Source: a virus
Lineage: Duplodnaviria; Caudoviricetes
Virus record (IMG/VR): IMGVR_UViG_3300021197_000899
Span: 1 to 24,646 of that record
Length of the DNA stretch: 24,646 nucleotides
Direction: 5' to 3' (one strand)
Shown: in pieces, positions 1 through 9,131 of the stretch
Layout of the letters: each line of letters opens with the position of its first letter
How positions within the stretch are numbered: position 1 is the stretch's first letter
Made by a program: the position numbers and the translations under genes
Notes under the pieces: generated by a model
The model's input: only the letters and a program-made list of their open reading frames with translations
What the model was told of the DNA's origin: nothing
Database searches by the model: none

Positions 1-1979
1 ATTTTGGACATAATGAAATTTCTAGAAAAGAAATAGCACTTTACTTAGAACAAAAAACAAATGATGTATATGACACTACTTATAAAAAAGCTAAGGGAGC
101 TGGTCTTTCTGATAAAGAAGCTGGTAAAAGGGCTGAAAAAGTATCAAAAGAATTTGTTAGAGCTAATGAAAATAAATTAATGCAAGCAGGAGAGTTTTTT
201 AGTTATTCTGAATTAATAGAACCTGCTATATTAACAGAAGCAGATTTAAAATCATCTTTAACAGAGCAAGGTAGTTTAGCTAGCGTGTTAAAAGCTAGAG
301 ATGCTAATGCCCCAGGTTTTGATAAAAGACCAGAAGTTGTTTTAGATTACATTAATAAAGTTATTAGAGGTTATTATAAAAATGCTGTAGCTATTAAAGG
401 TCAGTATGAAATAGATAACATGTTAAATAAAAATAGAAAATATAAACCTAGTAAAGCAGAATCTAAAAGATTACAAAATAGTATATATAAAAATGATGTT
501 CAAGTGTGGGGAGATTACATAAAATTATATTTACAAAGTATTCTAGGACATCAATCTTATTTTCAATCTGGGATGTTAAGTGGTAGAGACCCTTTAAAAT
601 TAAAAGATAAAAGAAACTTGTTTTATTTAACATCAGACGAAAACGTTATAGGTATATTTGAAAAGTTTTATCAAAAGAAAAACATGTCAGCTCCCTTTTT
701 TACTCATGCTCCTAAAGGGAAAGAGGCAAGAAAAGAGTACTTTAGTCGTAAACTACACGAATTAGGTAGGATGGAAGCCCAGTACCAATTGATGAGTTTA
801 CTGGCTAATACTGGCACATGGGCTACTAATGTACTTAGCGGCAATGCTATGACTGCAGGTAGTGCAGGTTTAAATAATTTGTTTAGCAGTTATAATAACA
901 AACAAGTATATGATTTGTTATTAACAAGCAATGGTAAAGATGTAGTTAAATTAAATAATGGCAAGTTTGCTAAGAATAGAAAAGATTTATTAAAGCACTT
1001 AGAGGAAGTAGGTGTTATAGATGCTTTTATACAAAATGAATTTGAAATAAACACTCAAATGACTAATGGATTAAAAAAAGCAGGAATAAACATAGCTAAT
1101 TTTAAACGTGATTTAATATTATCAATAAAAGATAAAGCTAATCGCAAAGAAACACCAATAGAAGTTATTAATAGGTATGGTGTAAAAGATTTAATGGTTA
1201 AATATGGCTCGTTTTTTATGCAAAACTCTGAACGCATAAACAGATTAAATGCGTTTACTGCTCATGCATTGCAAACAGTTAAAAAGTTTGGAGTTGAAGG
1301 TAAAGAGTTATCAATAGCAGACCCATTTGTTTTTGACATGGCTATGAAAGGTATAGAGAACACTCAATTTCTTTATCAAAACTCTGCAAGACCTGCGTTT
1401 ATGAGGACTGCTGTTGGTAAAGTGTTGGGTAGGTTTAAATTGTTTGTTTGGAACTCAATACGAACAAGAAAAGAATATTACAGGCAAGCTAAACTATATG
1501 GCTTTAAACAAAACACACCAGAATATGAAAGATTTAAAAATACTTATATGATAGATATGTTTATGTTTGCTTTAGCAAATGCATTTATGTTTAGCATATT
1601 TGATACTGCTTTAGCACCTCCATTAGATACAGTACAATCTATAGCAGATAGTCTATATGGTGATAAGCGTGAAAAAGAAATGGCATTTTTTGGTAGCAAA
1701 TTAGGAGCATTAAATTTATTAAAACCTCCTGTTGCTAGAATACCTGATGCTGCGTGGGAACTGCTAACTGGCGACTGGGAAAAGTTTAGTTCTTATACAG
1801 CTTACACTATGTTCCCATTTGGAAGAGGCATAAGACAACTTGTTCAATTTGCAGATAAACCAGAACGAGCAGGCGAAATATTTTTAAGATTACCTGTTAA
1901 TCAAATTCAATCTAAAATTGACAGAGTAAAACGTAGAACAGAACAATTTGAAGACATTCAAGAAGTATTAGGAGATTAA
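1..1979 (+). CDS. C-terminal part of a very large virion-associated (probable internal/ejected) protein, 5'-truncated by the window
   Basis: The frame of the 599-aa ORF is open back to position 3 with no stop. It lies at the end of the + strand structural block. No catalytic motif recognised, so the function is inferred from position. Confidence 0.55.
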   Translation, partial: FGHNEISRKEIALYLEQKTNDVYDTTYKKAKGAGLSDKEAGKRAEKVSKEFVRANENKLMQAGEFFSYSELIEPAILTEADLKSSLTEQGSLASVLKARDANAPGFDKRPEVVLDYINKVIRGYYKNAVAIKGQYEIDNMLNKNRKYKPSKAESKRLQNSIYKNDVQVWGDYIKLYLQSILGHQSYFQSGMLSGRDPLKLKDKRNLFYLTSDENVIGIFEKFYQKKNMSAPFFTHAPKGKEARKEYFSRKLHELGRMEAQYQLMSLLANTGTWATNVLSGNAMTAGSAGLNNLFSSYNNKQVYDLLLTSNGKDVVKLNNGKFAKNRKDLLKHLEEVGVIDAFIQNEFEINTQMTNGLKKAGINIANFKRDLILSIKDKANRKETPIEVINRYGVKDLMVKYGSFFMQNSERINRLNAFTAHALQTVKKFGVEGKELSIADPFVFDMAMKGIENTQFLYQNSARPAFMRTAVGKVLGRFKLFVWNSIRTRKEYYRQAKLYGFKQNTPEYERFKNTYMIDMFMFALANAFMFSIFDTALAPPLDTVQSIADSLYGDKREKEMAFFGSKLGALNLLKPPVARIPDAAWELLTGDWEKFSSYTAYTMFPFGRGIRQLVQFADKPERAGEIFLRLPVNQIQSKIDRVKRRTEQFEDIQEVLGD

Positions 1980-1980
1980 C

Positions 1981-2727
1981 ATGAGTAATGGATTAACAGA
2001 TATAGAAAAACAAGCACATTTGCTTGACCAAGAGTTTGTAAAAAGAGCATTTAATTCTTGGAATCCAAATATGTACAATGCACAACAATTTAGGTCAGGT
2101 AGAAACACTTATTCTGGTGATATAAAAGATGCTATTGATAACAGAATGGTTTCTGTATATGGTGGTATAAGACCAGAGTTATATAATAAAATACAAGGTT
2201 CTGAAAATACACAAGGCTTGTTTGCTGCTGAAACTGGGGAAGCTTTTCTTAGACGTGGTTCAGGAGCAGGAACGCTTAATCACGAACTTGCACATTTTGG
2301 TAGACAACATAAAAATATTGACCCTAATCATTATTTAGCAGATAAATTTAATCCTAAACTAAATTTATTAGATAAACTAGACAGAGATGTATTTAATGGT
2401 TACTTACCATTTACTCCTTTTAAAACAAAGCGTCAAAATATTAAAATGTATGGAGAAGAAGATGGAACCAGACAGCATGAACAAACTTATAGAAAAGAAA
2501 ATCCTATTCATCCTTATGATACACAATTTAATTTTGATAGAGTAGCTGAAAATACTGATTATTACAATTCTGCTGCTGACAGTGTAAATCAAGATTTATA
2601 TAAATACGCTTTTAATGATTATGATTCTAGAGTTGCTAGGGGTGAAATAGAGCCTGACCCTCCACGACAAGAACCATTAGCTAGAAGAGCTATTAAAAGC
2701 GTTAGAGGCTGGATGGGTTTAGATTAG
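1981..2727 (+). CDS. Putative zincin-like metallopeptidase domain protein
   Basis: HELAH (HExxH) motif in GTLNHELAHF, preceded by GLF...GEAFL strands; AGGAG RBS upstream. Confidence 0.5.
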   Translation: MSNGLTDIEKQAHLLDQEFVKRAFNSWNPNMYNAQQFRSGRNTYSGDIKDAIDNRMVSVYGGIRPELYNKIQGSENTQGLFAAETGEAFLRRGSGAGTLNHELAHFGRQHKNIDPNHYLADKFNPKLNLLDKLDRDVFNGYLPFTPFKTKRQNIKMYGEEDGTRQHEQTYRKENPIHPYDTQFNFDRVAENTDYYNSAADSVNQDLYKYAFNDYDSRVARGEIEPDPPRQEPLARRAIKSVRGWMGLD

Positions 2728-2803
2728 TCAATAGTGCAAAAAAACAGCACACTGAATACTTAAGATAAGTAAACAGAGGCGACTATGGGCTTGTTTTTAG
2801 GCA

Positions 2804-2858
2804 CTAGGGAGCGTTATATCGATAGATTATTAGTCTAGTCAATACAACACTCACCTAG
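2804..2858 (-). other. Long bulged RNA hairpin at the convergent junction (terminator or processing stem)
   Basis: Minus strand CTAGG-T-GAGTGTTGTATTGA...TCGATATAACGCTC-CCTAG: 14-bp core with 3 G-U pairs that form only on the minus strand. Confidence 0.6.
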
Positions 2859-2874
2859 AGTTTTTTACAGTTAT

Positions 2875-3252
2875 TTAAGGGCGTTTTGTTTTATCCCATT
2901 TAATGTTAGCTTCTACTGCTAATGTTGACATTACGTATATGTCGTGGTCTGTTGAATTTCCATAATTAGTATGATGAGCTCCATCTTCTCCTAAGCAAGT
3001 TAAGAATCTATCATTATCAGCTAGTATAAACTTTTCAAATTTATCTACCTCATCATAACTATTATACCATTTCCAGTAATCTGCTTGCATATAAAAATAT
3101 GGCATAGGAGGTTTTTTAGTTCCATCTGGGTTTTTATCCCAGAAGGTATCAAGCATACCTGTACCTACAGCATCCCATTCTTTTATTATAGCTAGTGCTT
3201 TTCTTTTATCTTTTAGTGGTACACCAGCTACCACTTCTGACCTATATCCCAT
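2875..3252 (-). CDS. Hypothetical phage protein
   Basis: 125-aa ORF starting MGYRSEV; overlaps the upstream ORF; AAGGA RBS. Confidence 0.75.
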   Translation of the reverse strand: MGYRSEVVAGVPLKDKRKALAIIKEWDAVGTGMLDTFWDKNPDGTKKPPMPYFYMQADYWKWYNSYDEVDKFEKFILADNDRFLTCLGEDGAHHTNYGNSTDHDIYVMSTLAVEANIKWDKTKRP

Positions 3253-3505
3253 GTTTGTATCCTTCTGGTAAACTAGTTACAAATGGTTCTCTTGCTGCTT
3301 CTAAAGCTAGCTCATAAAACCATTCATCGTTTTCTTCTTGTAGCGATTCACAGTCTTCTGCGGTAAGAGACTCATTTTTATGGGTAATGTTTGCAATATA
3401 AGCGTCAGATAAGTCTGGATAATCAGCCATAGCAGCACCATATATATTAATGTCTGTAATGTCTTCACTATCTATTTGCTTTTTAACATAGTATGTTAGT
3501 TTCAT
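3242..3505 (-). CDS. Hypothetical acidic protein
   Basis: Start moved to MKLTYY (3505), which gives an ATGA overlap with the upstream stop and an AAGGGA RBS. Confidence 0.7.
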   Translation of the reverse strand: MKLTYYVKKQIDSEDITDINIYGAAMADYPDLSDAYIANITHKNESLTAEDCESLQEENDEWFYELALEAAREPFVTSLPEGYKHGI

Positions 3506-3693
3506 TTTATTCCCTTTTTTATTTGTATGAGATAACATGCAAGGTATATAGCACCATCTAGTGCTTCCTCTATTGATTCTTGCAAGAAATCTCTTTTATC
3601 AGTTAAAGGTATGTCACGCCCATACTTTTCTGCACCTTTATCAAGGCGTTCTTGTATGAGCGTAGCAACCTCATTGTTTATACTATCACTCAT
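3502..3693 (-). CDS. MazG-like all-alpha NTP pyrophosphohydrolase family small protein
   Basis: KGAEKYG...DFLQESIEEALDGAIYL fits the ExxEExxD acidic helix of the all-alpha NTP-PPase superfamily. Confidence 0.55.
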   Translation of the reverse strand: MSDSINNEVATLIQERLDKGAEKYGRDIPLTDKRDFLQESIEEALDGAIYLACYLIQIKKGIK

Positions 3694-3871
3694 GTCTACC
3701 TAAAGCTACCCACATAGTATCTGGGGTAAGCCTTTTTAGGTTTCCATTGTTACAGTTAACAGCCATTATTCTTACATAACGGTTTAGTTCATCTTCAACA
3801 ACTTCTAAAGCACCAGCACCTAGCTGTACTTTATAGTTTTTAAAGATTTCTTTTATTTGTTTTTTGTTCAT
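3686..3871 (-). CDS. Putative histone-fold protein
   Basis: 61 aa; short helix (KQIKEIFK), loop, long helix (AGALEVVEDELNRYVRIMAVNC), KRLTPD loop, short helix; AGGAG RBS. Confidence 0.45.
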   Translation of the reverse strand: MNKKQIKEIFKNYKVQLGAGALEVVEDELNRYVRIMAVNCNNGNLKRLTPDTMWVALGRHE

Positions 3872-3880
3872 TGTTTACTC

Positions 3881-4027
3881 CTATTGTTTGTTCCATATGA
3901 TTTTATCTAAATGTTCTTGAGCAATGCGTTTAAGTGTGCCGCTATCTGCGTTAGTTGTTAATATTTTATCGTATCCATCTATTGCTTTAGATAACATTTC
4001 TTCTAATGTTTTGTATTGTTTAGACAT
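3881..4027 (-). CDS. Small hypothetical protein (48 aa, not in ORF track)
   Basis: MSKQYKTLEEMLSKAIDGYDKILTTNADSGTLKRIAQEHLDKIIWNKQ; fills the gap between neighbouring ORFs. Confidence 0.6.
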   Translation of the reverse strand: MSKQYKTLEEMLSKAIDGYDKILTTNADSGTLKRIAQEHLDKIIWNKQ

Positions 4028-4257
4028 GTTGGACATGTTTCTTTTCCTTTTCCGTATGCAGGAAAGTTTTCATACCATAAAAATTGTTTTTTAGAATTAT
4101 TAGGTTTACATATTGGTTCCCAACATCTATTGCATTCTTCACAATGTTTAATGTATTTATCTGCTTTTTTTTCTAATCCACATCCTTGATGTCCTTTTGT
4201 TTTTGTTACTTCGTTTCTAGTAGTCTTTGCCAAAAAGCTTTCTATGATATGAGTCAT
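4003..4257 (-). CDS. Zn-ribbon small protein
   Basis: CEEC and CPTC pairs; AAGGAA RBS. Confidence 0.65.
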   Translation of the reverse strand: MTHIIESFLAKTTRNEVTKTKGHQGCGLEKKADKYIKHCEECNRCWEPICKPNNSKKQFLWYENFPAYGKGKETCPTCLNNTKH

Positions 4258-4396
4258 TTATATATTCCTTTACACGATTGTATTTTATTTTAAGTAGTGG
4301 AACTGCATCTTTAACGTGAGGACATGACGTAAAACTTTCCACATGGTTTAAGATACTAGTTATATCTTCTATTTCTGTTTGGATTAGTTTATTCAT
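4217..4396 (-). CDS. Hypothetical protein
   Basis: Start moved to MNKLIQ (4396) behind AAAGGAGA; the longer 5' extension runs through a hairpin. Confidence 0.65.
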   Translation of the reverse strand: MNKLIQTEIEDITSILNHVESFTSCPHVKDAVPLLKIKYNRVKEYINDSYHRKLFGKDY

Positions 4397-4415
4397 TTTA
4401 TCTCCTTTTGTTTTT

Positions 4416-4453
4416 GAGGTGGTACATAGTTCTTCGCCAACCAGCACCACCTC
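4416..4453 (-). promoter_or_regulatory. 5' leader stem-loop ahead of an A-rich RBS
   Basis: Minus strand GAGGTGGTGC...GTACCACCTC (one G-U), followed by AAAAACAAAAGGAG. Confidence 0.6.
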
Positions 4454-4560
4454 TTCATTTGTAGTCAACTAATTTATTAATTAACAACAACATACAAATA
4501 GAATCCTTTCACGTTTATTTAAGATTAATTTGTATTGCTAACTAATTAAATAGTTATCTT

Positions 4561-4890
4561 CTACCCTGTTATTGTTTTTAACAGGAGTAAGAAGTCTTTG
4601 TAACGTATTGTTACTAATGGTTCTCCTCTATCTTCCTTTATGATTTGTCCATAAACATCATCACAAGGTTTATAAAGTTCACCAATTTTTTTACGAGCTT
4701 TAACTTGAAATTTATATGGTACAGAATCACCTTGTTTATCTATAGTCATATCTACTTCTTCATGCCATCCAAGTGACCTACCATCAGACCCCCAAGCTCT
4801 GCGTGAATTAAAGCCAAATTCTTTAGCTAAATTGACACATTCTCGTTCTACTCGATTGCCTTTTTGTTTTGCTGCTCTGCCGCCACTCAT
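4561..4890 (-). CDS. Holliday junction resolvase, Hjc-type PD-(D/E)xK nuclease
   Basis: KQKGNRVERE N-terminal motif, VD catalytic Asp and FQVK motif. Confidence 0.75.
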   Translation of the reverse strand: MSGGRAAKQKGNRVERECVNLAKEFGFNSRRAWGSDGRSLGWHEEVDMTIDKQGDSVPYKFQVKARKKIGELYKPCDDVYGQIIKEDRGEPLVTIRYKDFLLLLKTITG

Positions 4891-5216
4891 GATTTTTTGT
4901 TTGCTGGATGTTCGTTATCTAACATTAAATCAAACATGTCGTTTACTCCGTTTTTCATTTCTTCTTTTGTTTCTTCGACATATGAATGCCTTATTAATGG
5001 AAAACGTTCTTCGTTTAACAAACAGAATTTTAAAGTGTTAATTACATCTTTGTAGTTGTTTAATTTTGCACCAAGGTCTGTTTGCACAACTCCAAATTCT
5101 GCACCATCTGGATGATTTAATAATATGTGGTCTACTGGGATATTAATAGAAGCTTCTATTATATAATCTTCGTATGCATCTATTAATTTTTTTATTAACT
5201 TTTCTTTATTTATCAT
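4887..5216 (-). CDS. Hypothetical protein
   Basis: 109-aa ORF coupled to its neighbours by overlaps. Confidence 0.7.
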   Translation of the reverse strand: MINKEKLIKKLIDAYEDYIIEASINIPVDHILLNHPDGAEFGVVQTDLGAKLNNYKDVINTLKFCLLNEERFPLIRHSYVEETKEEMKNGVNDMFDLMLDNEHPANKKS

Positions 5217-5394
5217 ATGGGTTATCCTTATTTAATGCGTTTTTACAGATATGTGCTATAAGAACTGTTTTTCTAACTCGTTCTTGAGTGGTGTTAGCAT
5301 AGTTTTCACCTATATATATTTGTTCATAAGCGTTGCTTACCCATATTTCAGAACCAGCTTTTTGTTTTGTTACGTTCCATTCGTGTTTAGCCAT
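5206..5394 (-). CDS. Hypothetical protein
   Basis: 62 aa; GAGGAGG RBS; TAATG coupling. Confidence 0.7.
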   Translation of the reverse strand: MAKHEWNVTKQKAGSEIWVSNAYEQIYIGENYANTTQERVRKTVLIAHICKNALNKDNPYDK

Positions 5395-5579
5395 TATTCT
5401 TCCTCCTCGTTTTTTCTAATAACATCAGCATGTTTAGGCATACCTAATAATTCAAATATATTATCAAGTATTTCTTGACCATCACTAGACATACGTTGTC
5501 TATCTGTATGTTCTAAATCTGCTAGTAATGATATTAATTGCTGCATTTTTGTTGATTTTAAATTAGGGTATATTTTCAT
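5394..5579 (-). CDS. Hypothetical protein
   Basis: Start moved to MKIYPN (5579), giving an ATGA overlap and AAGGTGG RBS. Confidence 0.65.
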   Translation of the reverse strand: MKIYPNLKSTKMQQLISLLADLEHTDRQRMSSDGQEILDNIFELLGMPKHADVIRKNEEEE

Positions 5580-5812
5580 AATAACCACCTTTTTCTTATA
5601 CAGAAACTCCAAAGCAATTCAAACTTTGTAATTCCTATGTTAAAATGTATATGTTCACTTTCTTTTTGTGATGCGTAACCTGCACCAAATAAAAACAAAT
5701 TAAACAATATTATTCTATTACTATGATATGTGTTATCACCTTCTCCATCTATTCGTTTTACGACTCTGACTATTGGTACACCTAATATAGTAAAATGTAC
5801 TGCCTCTTTCAT
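5576..5812 (-). CDS. Hypothetical beta-rich/hydrophobic protein
   Basis: 78 aa; AAAAGGAA RBS. Confidence 0.65.
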   Translation of the reverse strand: MKEAVHFTILGVPIVRVVKRIDGEGDNTYHSNRIILFNLFLFGAGYASQKESEHIHFNIGITKFELLWSFCIRKRWLL

Positions 5813-5830
5813 AGTATTCCTTTTGTTTTG

Positions 5831-5864
5831 TAAATAAGGGAAGCTATTAAACTCCCCTTATTTA
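5831..5864 (-). promoter_or_regulatory. Stem-loop after the primase-helicase and ahead of the next RBS
   Basis: Minus strand TAAATAAGGGGAGT-TTAATA-GCTTCCCTTATTTA, 14 bp with 2 G-U pairs; no U tail on the minus strand. Confidence 0.6.
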
Positions 5865-5875
5865 TGGTTCTTTTG

Positions 5876-7717
5876 TTAAGCATATTTAGAAAAACTAAAC
5901 GTTTTCCAGTTAAATGCTGTAACTATTTCGAAATCAGATTCGTCACGAGACGCAAGAGATTTAATCTTACGTTTCTTGCTTTGTTTATTACCCATAAAAG
6001 CAATAATTTTATCTGATTTTTGTGCTACATCGCTTGCTCCTTTTGCACTATATACATCTAGTTCTTCACCTTCTTTATGTCTGTAGCTTGCACTTTTTGA
6101 TAAGTGATTAACTGCAAGTACGATAATGTCTTTTTCGACAGCAAGGTTTTTTAGAGCATTGATTATATATATTTGTTGTTGCAATGGTTCTTTCTTAGCA
6201 AACTTAGCTTGTACAACGTCTAAAGTATCTACAACGATAATTTTAACATCATGTTTATCTATCATTTCAGCATATTGACTTATATCAGGAGCAGTACTAG
6301 CATCTATAATTTCTAGATGTTCTAGTTTATTAACTGCTTCTTCTATTTTGTCAGTATTTCCAGCAATGAACATGTTTTCAATTTGTTCTTTGCTTTTGTT
6401 TAACGCTATTTGATAGAAACGTCTAGCCATCAGTTTAGCTTGTACTTCTAATGATAAGAATAAAGTAGGTATATTTACATTAGCAATAATGTATTGCCAG
6501 AATGCAGTTTTACCTAATTTAGTATCACCTGTAAGTACTACTAATTCACCACATTTAATTACATAATCTTGCGTCATAAATGGAAATATTTCCTTTATGT
6601 TAAAAGACCTATTTGTAAAGTCTTCTGTGTAAGATTCTAGTAATATTTGTGCCATTTGACTAGAGTTAAATGCCGCTACATTATCGTCTAGGTCTTTGTA
6701 TTTATACAAGGTACATTTACTATCACAATATCTTGAAAGCACTTCATCTCTACAACTGTAATTGTATCCATCTTTAGTAGTAATACTTCTTAGTACTGTA
6801 CTAACCTCTTCGTTAGGTAATGGTTGTGTCAATGAATTGTTCCAAGTTCTAGCCATGCTCATAACTGCTTCTTTAGGAAACCCAAACTTAGTAATCCATA
6901 AACTAGCAAGACGTAACAAATGCTTATGTCTATAGCCATGTACATATCCAGCATTATACATATGTTGTATACATGTAATATGTTTTGTAGGCTTGTATTT
7001 TACGTTAGTAAATATAGCTTTAGTTACTTTTTCGTTTTTCTCACTAGGTATATGAGGAATTAAGTTAGGGTAAAGCTCACTTACCTCATCAGGCAACTTT
7101 TTATGGGCGTACATTTTAGAATTAGATTTAGCAAAATCCAATACATATGTGTATTCCCACACATTAGAAGTTACAGCTGATAAAGGTAAGGGAACTTTGT
7201 ATCTGTTTGATTTTTTGTTAAGAGAATAACTAGCACGAATAAGTCTAGTATTATCGTAGATATTATCTATGTACTTTGCAAAATCTCTTTGCATTGTAGC
7301 TTTAACTTGTGCAGCAATACTGCTGCTTGGTTTAAAACCATAGATGTCTGGTAGATGTAGATGAAATCCTCTACCAGAAAACCATACGTTAATATGTTCA
7401 TGTTTTACACCTAGTTCTAGAATATCATTAACAAGCATGCCAACTTTATTTATAGTTACGTCACCTTGTTTTTGACCTTCTAAATCGATGTCAATGTACA
7501 ACTTATCTATTGCTTGCTTACCATTGTATCTGGCTACACTGTTGTTTTCTTCTACGTGTTTTGTTATTTCATCAGGGTCGTAAAGAAACATACTTCGATA
7601 TATTTCTCTGCCTTTGTTTTTGTTTAACACGTCTTTAAAATCAGCAAGTGTACAGAACTTTTTGCGATTTGCAACTGTATTGATTGCGTATTCTATTAGA
7701 TAGTTATTAATTCCCAT
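5876..7717 (-). CDS. Bifunctional AEP (PrimPol-type) primase / SF4 DnaB-like helicase
   Basis: AEP motifs IDID and SGRGFHLH; PriCT-like GYRHKHLLRLASLW; Cys cluster YSC..YCDSKC; Walker A GDTKLGKT, FLSLE, Walker B IIVVD. Confidence 0.85.
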   Translation of the reverse strand: MGINNYLIEYAINTVANRKKFCTLADFKDVLNKNKGREIYRSMFLYDPDEITKHVEENNSVARYNGKQAIDKLYIDIDLEGQKQGDVTINKVGMLVNDILELGVKHEHINVWFSGRGFHLHLPDIYGFKPSSSIAAQVKATMQRDFAKYIDNIYDNTRLIRASYSLNKKSNRYKVPLPLSAVTSNVWEYTYVLDFAKSNSKMYAHKKLPDEVSELYPNLIPHIPSEKNEKVTKAIFTNVKYKPTKHITCIQHMYNAGYVHGYRHKHLLRLASLWITKFGFPKEAVMSMARTWNNSLTQPLPNEEVSTVLRSITTKDGYNYSCRDEVLSRYCDSKCTLYKYKDLDDNVAAFNSSQMAQILLESYTEDFTNRSFNIKEIFPFMTQDYVIKCGELVVLTGDTKLGKTAFWQYIIANVNIPTLFLSLEVQAKLMARRFYQIALNKSKEQIENMFIAGNTDKIEEAVNKLEHLEIIDASTAPDISQYAEMIDKHDVKIIVVDTLDVVQAKFAKKEPLQQQIYIINALKNLAVEKDIIVLAVNHLSKSASYRHKEGEELDVYSAKGASDVAQKSDKIIAFMGNKQSKKRKIKSLASRDESDFEIVTAFNWKTFSFSKYA

Positions 7718-7968
7718 GTGTGTTCTGTGCTTTTTGTTTGTACTTGTTTAACTTCCTTTACATCAATAGCTTTCATTAATTCAGGATTACGTTTAAATTC
7801 ACGCCATTGTCTTCCTGCAGTACCTGCATTAAACATTGTGTCGTAAAATAATAAAGCATAATCTCTTAAATCCTGCTCAATCTCGTGGCTGGCAACTTGA
7901 AAGTTACCAGCATCTATACGAGATTTAAGCCATTGCAGTAATATTCCTTTTACTGTAGGCTTAGACAT
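7696..7968 (-). CDS. Hypothetical protein, possibly winged-helix DNA-binding
   Basis: 90 aa; helical pattern ending TAGRQWREFK plus a beta hairpin; lies in the replication operon. Confidence 0.6.
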   Translation of the reverse strand: MSKPTVKGILLQWLKSRIDAGNFQVASHEIEQDLRDYALLFYDTMFNAGTAGRQWREFKRNPELMKAIDVKEVKQVQTKSTEHTWELITI

Positions 7969-8498
7969 TATAAGTCCATATCGTCATCAACGTCAGAACT
8001 ATCAGCAGAAGGTTCTTCAGTTGGTTCTTGAAAGACTTTTATCCAGCCGTCATTTACTTGCTTGTCAAATTCTGCTTTGTGAGCATCTTGACCAGCAGCA
8101 GGTGACATAACAATATCAAAGTCATTCCAGAATGGCTTACCATCATCTTTTACCCTATCACTAGGATATGTAATGTAAGAAAACTCTTTACCTACTGCTT
8201 GGTCAAACCAACCATCAGGTATTACCATGTCACTGCCAATGTTTTTAGTGTTTACACCAACAGCTTCAAAGAATTTAGCAACTTTAAATGCACTGCCCCA
8301 TTGATTCTTAGGGTTGTCTCTTTTAAAGTTACCAAATATTATGAATGTATAGTCATACGATTCACCATCTTTACTTTGTTTCTCTATTACAACATCTAAA
8401 CATATATCATTGTTCCATGACATATATGATTTAGGTGGTTCATTGTATCTTACTGATACTGATTTAGCTTTTACAACTTGTCTGTAACTTCCAGCCAT
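7968..8498 (-). CDS. Putative single-stranded DNA-binding protein
   Basis: Directly follows ERF; beta-rich body; acidic C-terminal tail SDVDDDMDL. Confidence 0.6.
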   Translation of the reverse strand: MAGSYRQVVKAKSVSVRYNEPPKSYMSWNNDICLDVVIEKQSKDGESYDYTFIIFGNFKRDNPKNQWGSAFKVAKFFEAVGVNTKNIGSDMVIPDGWFDQAVGKEFSYITYPSDRVKDDGKPFWNDFDIVMSPAAGQDAHKAEFDKQVNDGWIKVFQEPTEEPSADSSDVDDDMDL

Positions 8499-9121
8499 TA
8501 TTTAGTCTCCTTTGCTTTTTTGATTGCGTTTTGTAATTTAGTTATAGCTTTAGCTGCTCTTTCTTCAGTAGGGTTTTCGTCAATTAACTTTCTAACCTTT
8601 GCTGAAGTTCCAGAACCTTTTAAAGCTGGGTCACGTGATAATCTATCTAGTTTGATGTTTTGCTCTACAGTTATATGACCTTTTGTAGGTTCATTACCAT
8701 TTAGCAACGTCTGTTTACGATTATCCATACTGTCAGAATCTTCTGTATCGTCAATAGCAAACAAACCATTGCATGCATATTTACGAGCATACGTTGATGC
8801 TGTGCCAGTCATTTGTGGGTCATCCATGCCTTTTTTACCAACAGACTCTCTAGCAAATGCATCTACAGATATAGAATCATTTCCATCAGATAGTTCAACT
8901 GTTGCTTTAATGTATGTACCATTATTTCTGTCTACTAAATCGTCAGAAACTGTAATAATACAGCCAGTTTTATTTAGTAATGGCTTTACATTTTCAAAGA
9001 CATCGTCTAGTGTTCTGTAGTTAAATTTAGCAAAATTGTTTACATTAGACTTTTTTACTTTCAACTCATGTTGTATGTAATTTAGTTTTTCTGTAATAGT
9101 TGCTGTTTTAAAGTCACTCAT
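8498..9121 (-). CDS. erf: ERF-family ssDNA annealing recombinase
   Basis: KFNYRTLDDV and QMTGTASTYARKYACNGLFAI..DSD signature. Confidence 0.9.
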   Translation of the reverse strand: MSDFKTATITEKLNYIQHELKVKKSNVNNFAKFNYRTLDDVFENVKPLLNKTGCIITVSDDLVDRNNGTYIKATVELSDGNDSISVDAFARESVGKKGMDDPQMTGTASTYARKYACNGLFAIDDTEDSDSMDNRKQTLLNGNEPTKGHITVEQNIKLDRLSRDPALKGSGTSAKVRKLIDENPTEERAAKAITKLQNAIKKAKETK

Positions 9122-9131
9122 TAATTACCTC

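Noticed and set aside
1-1979. Virion RNA polymerase call for the large protein
   Set aside because: No RNAP catalytic motif is visible in this C-terminal fragment; the full gene is needed.
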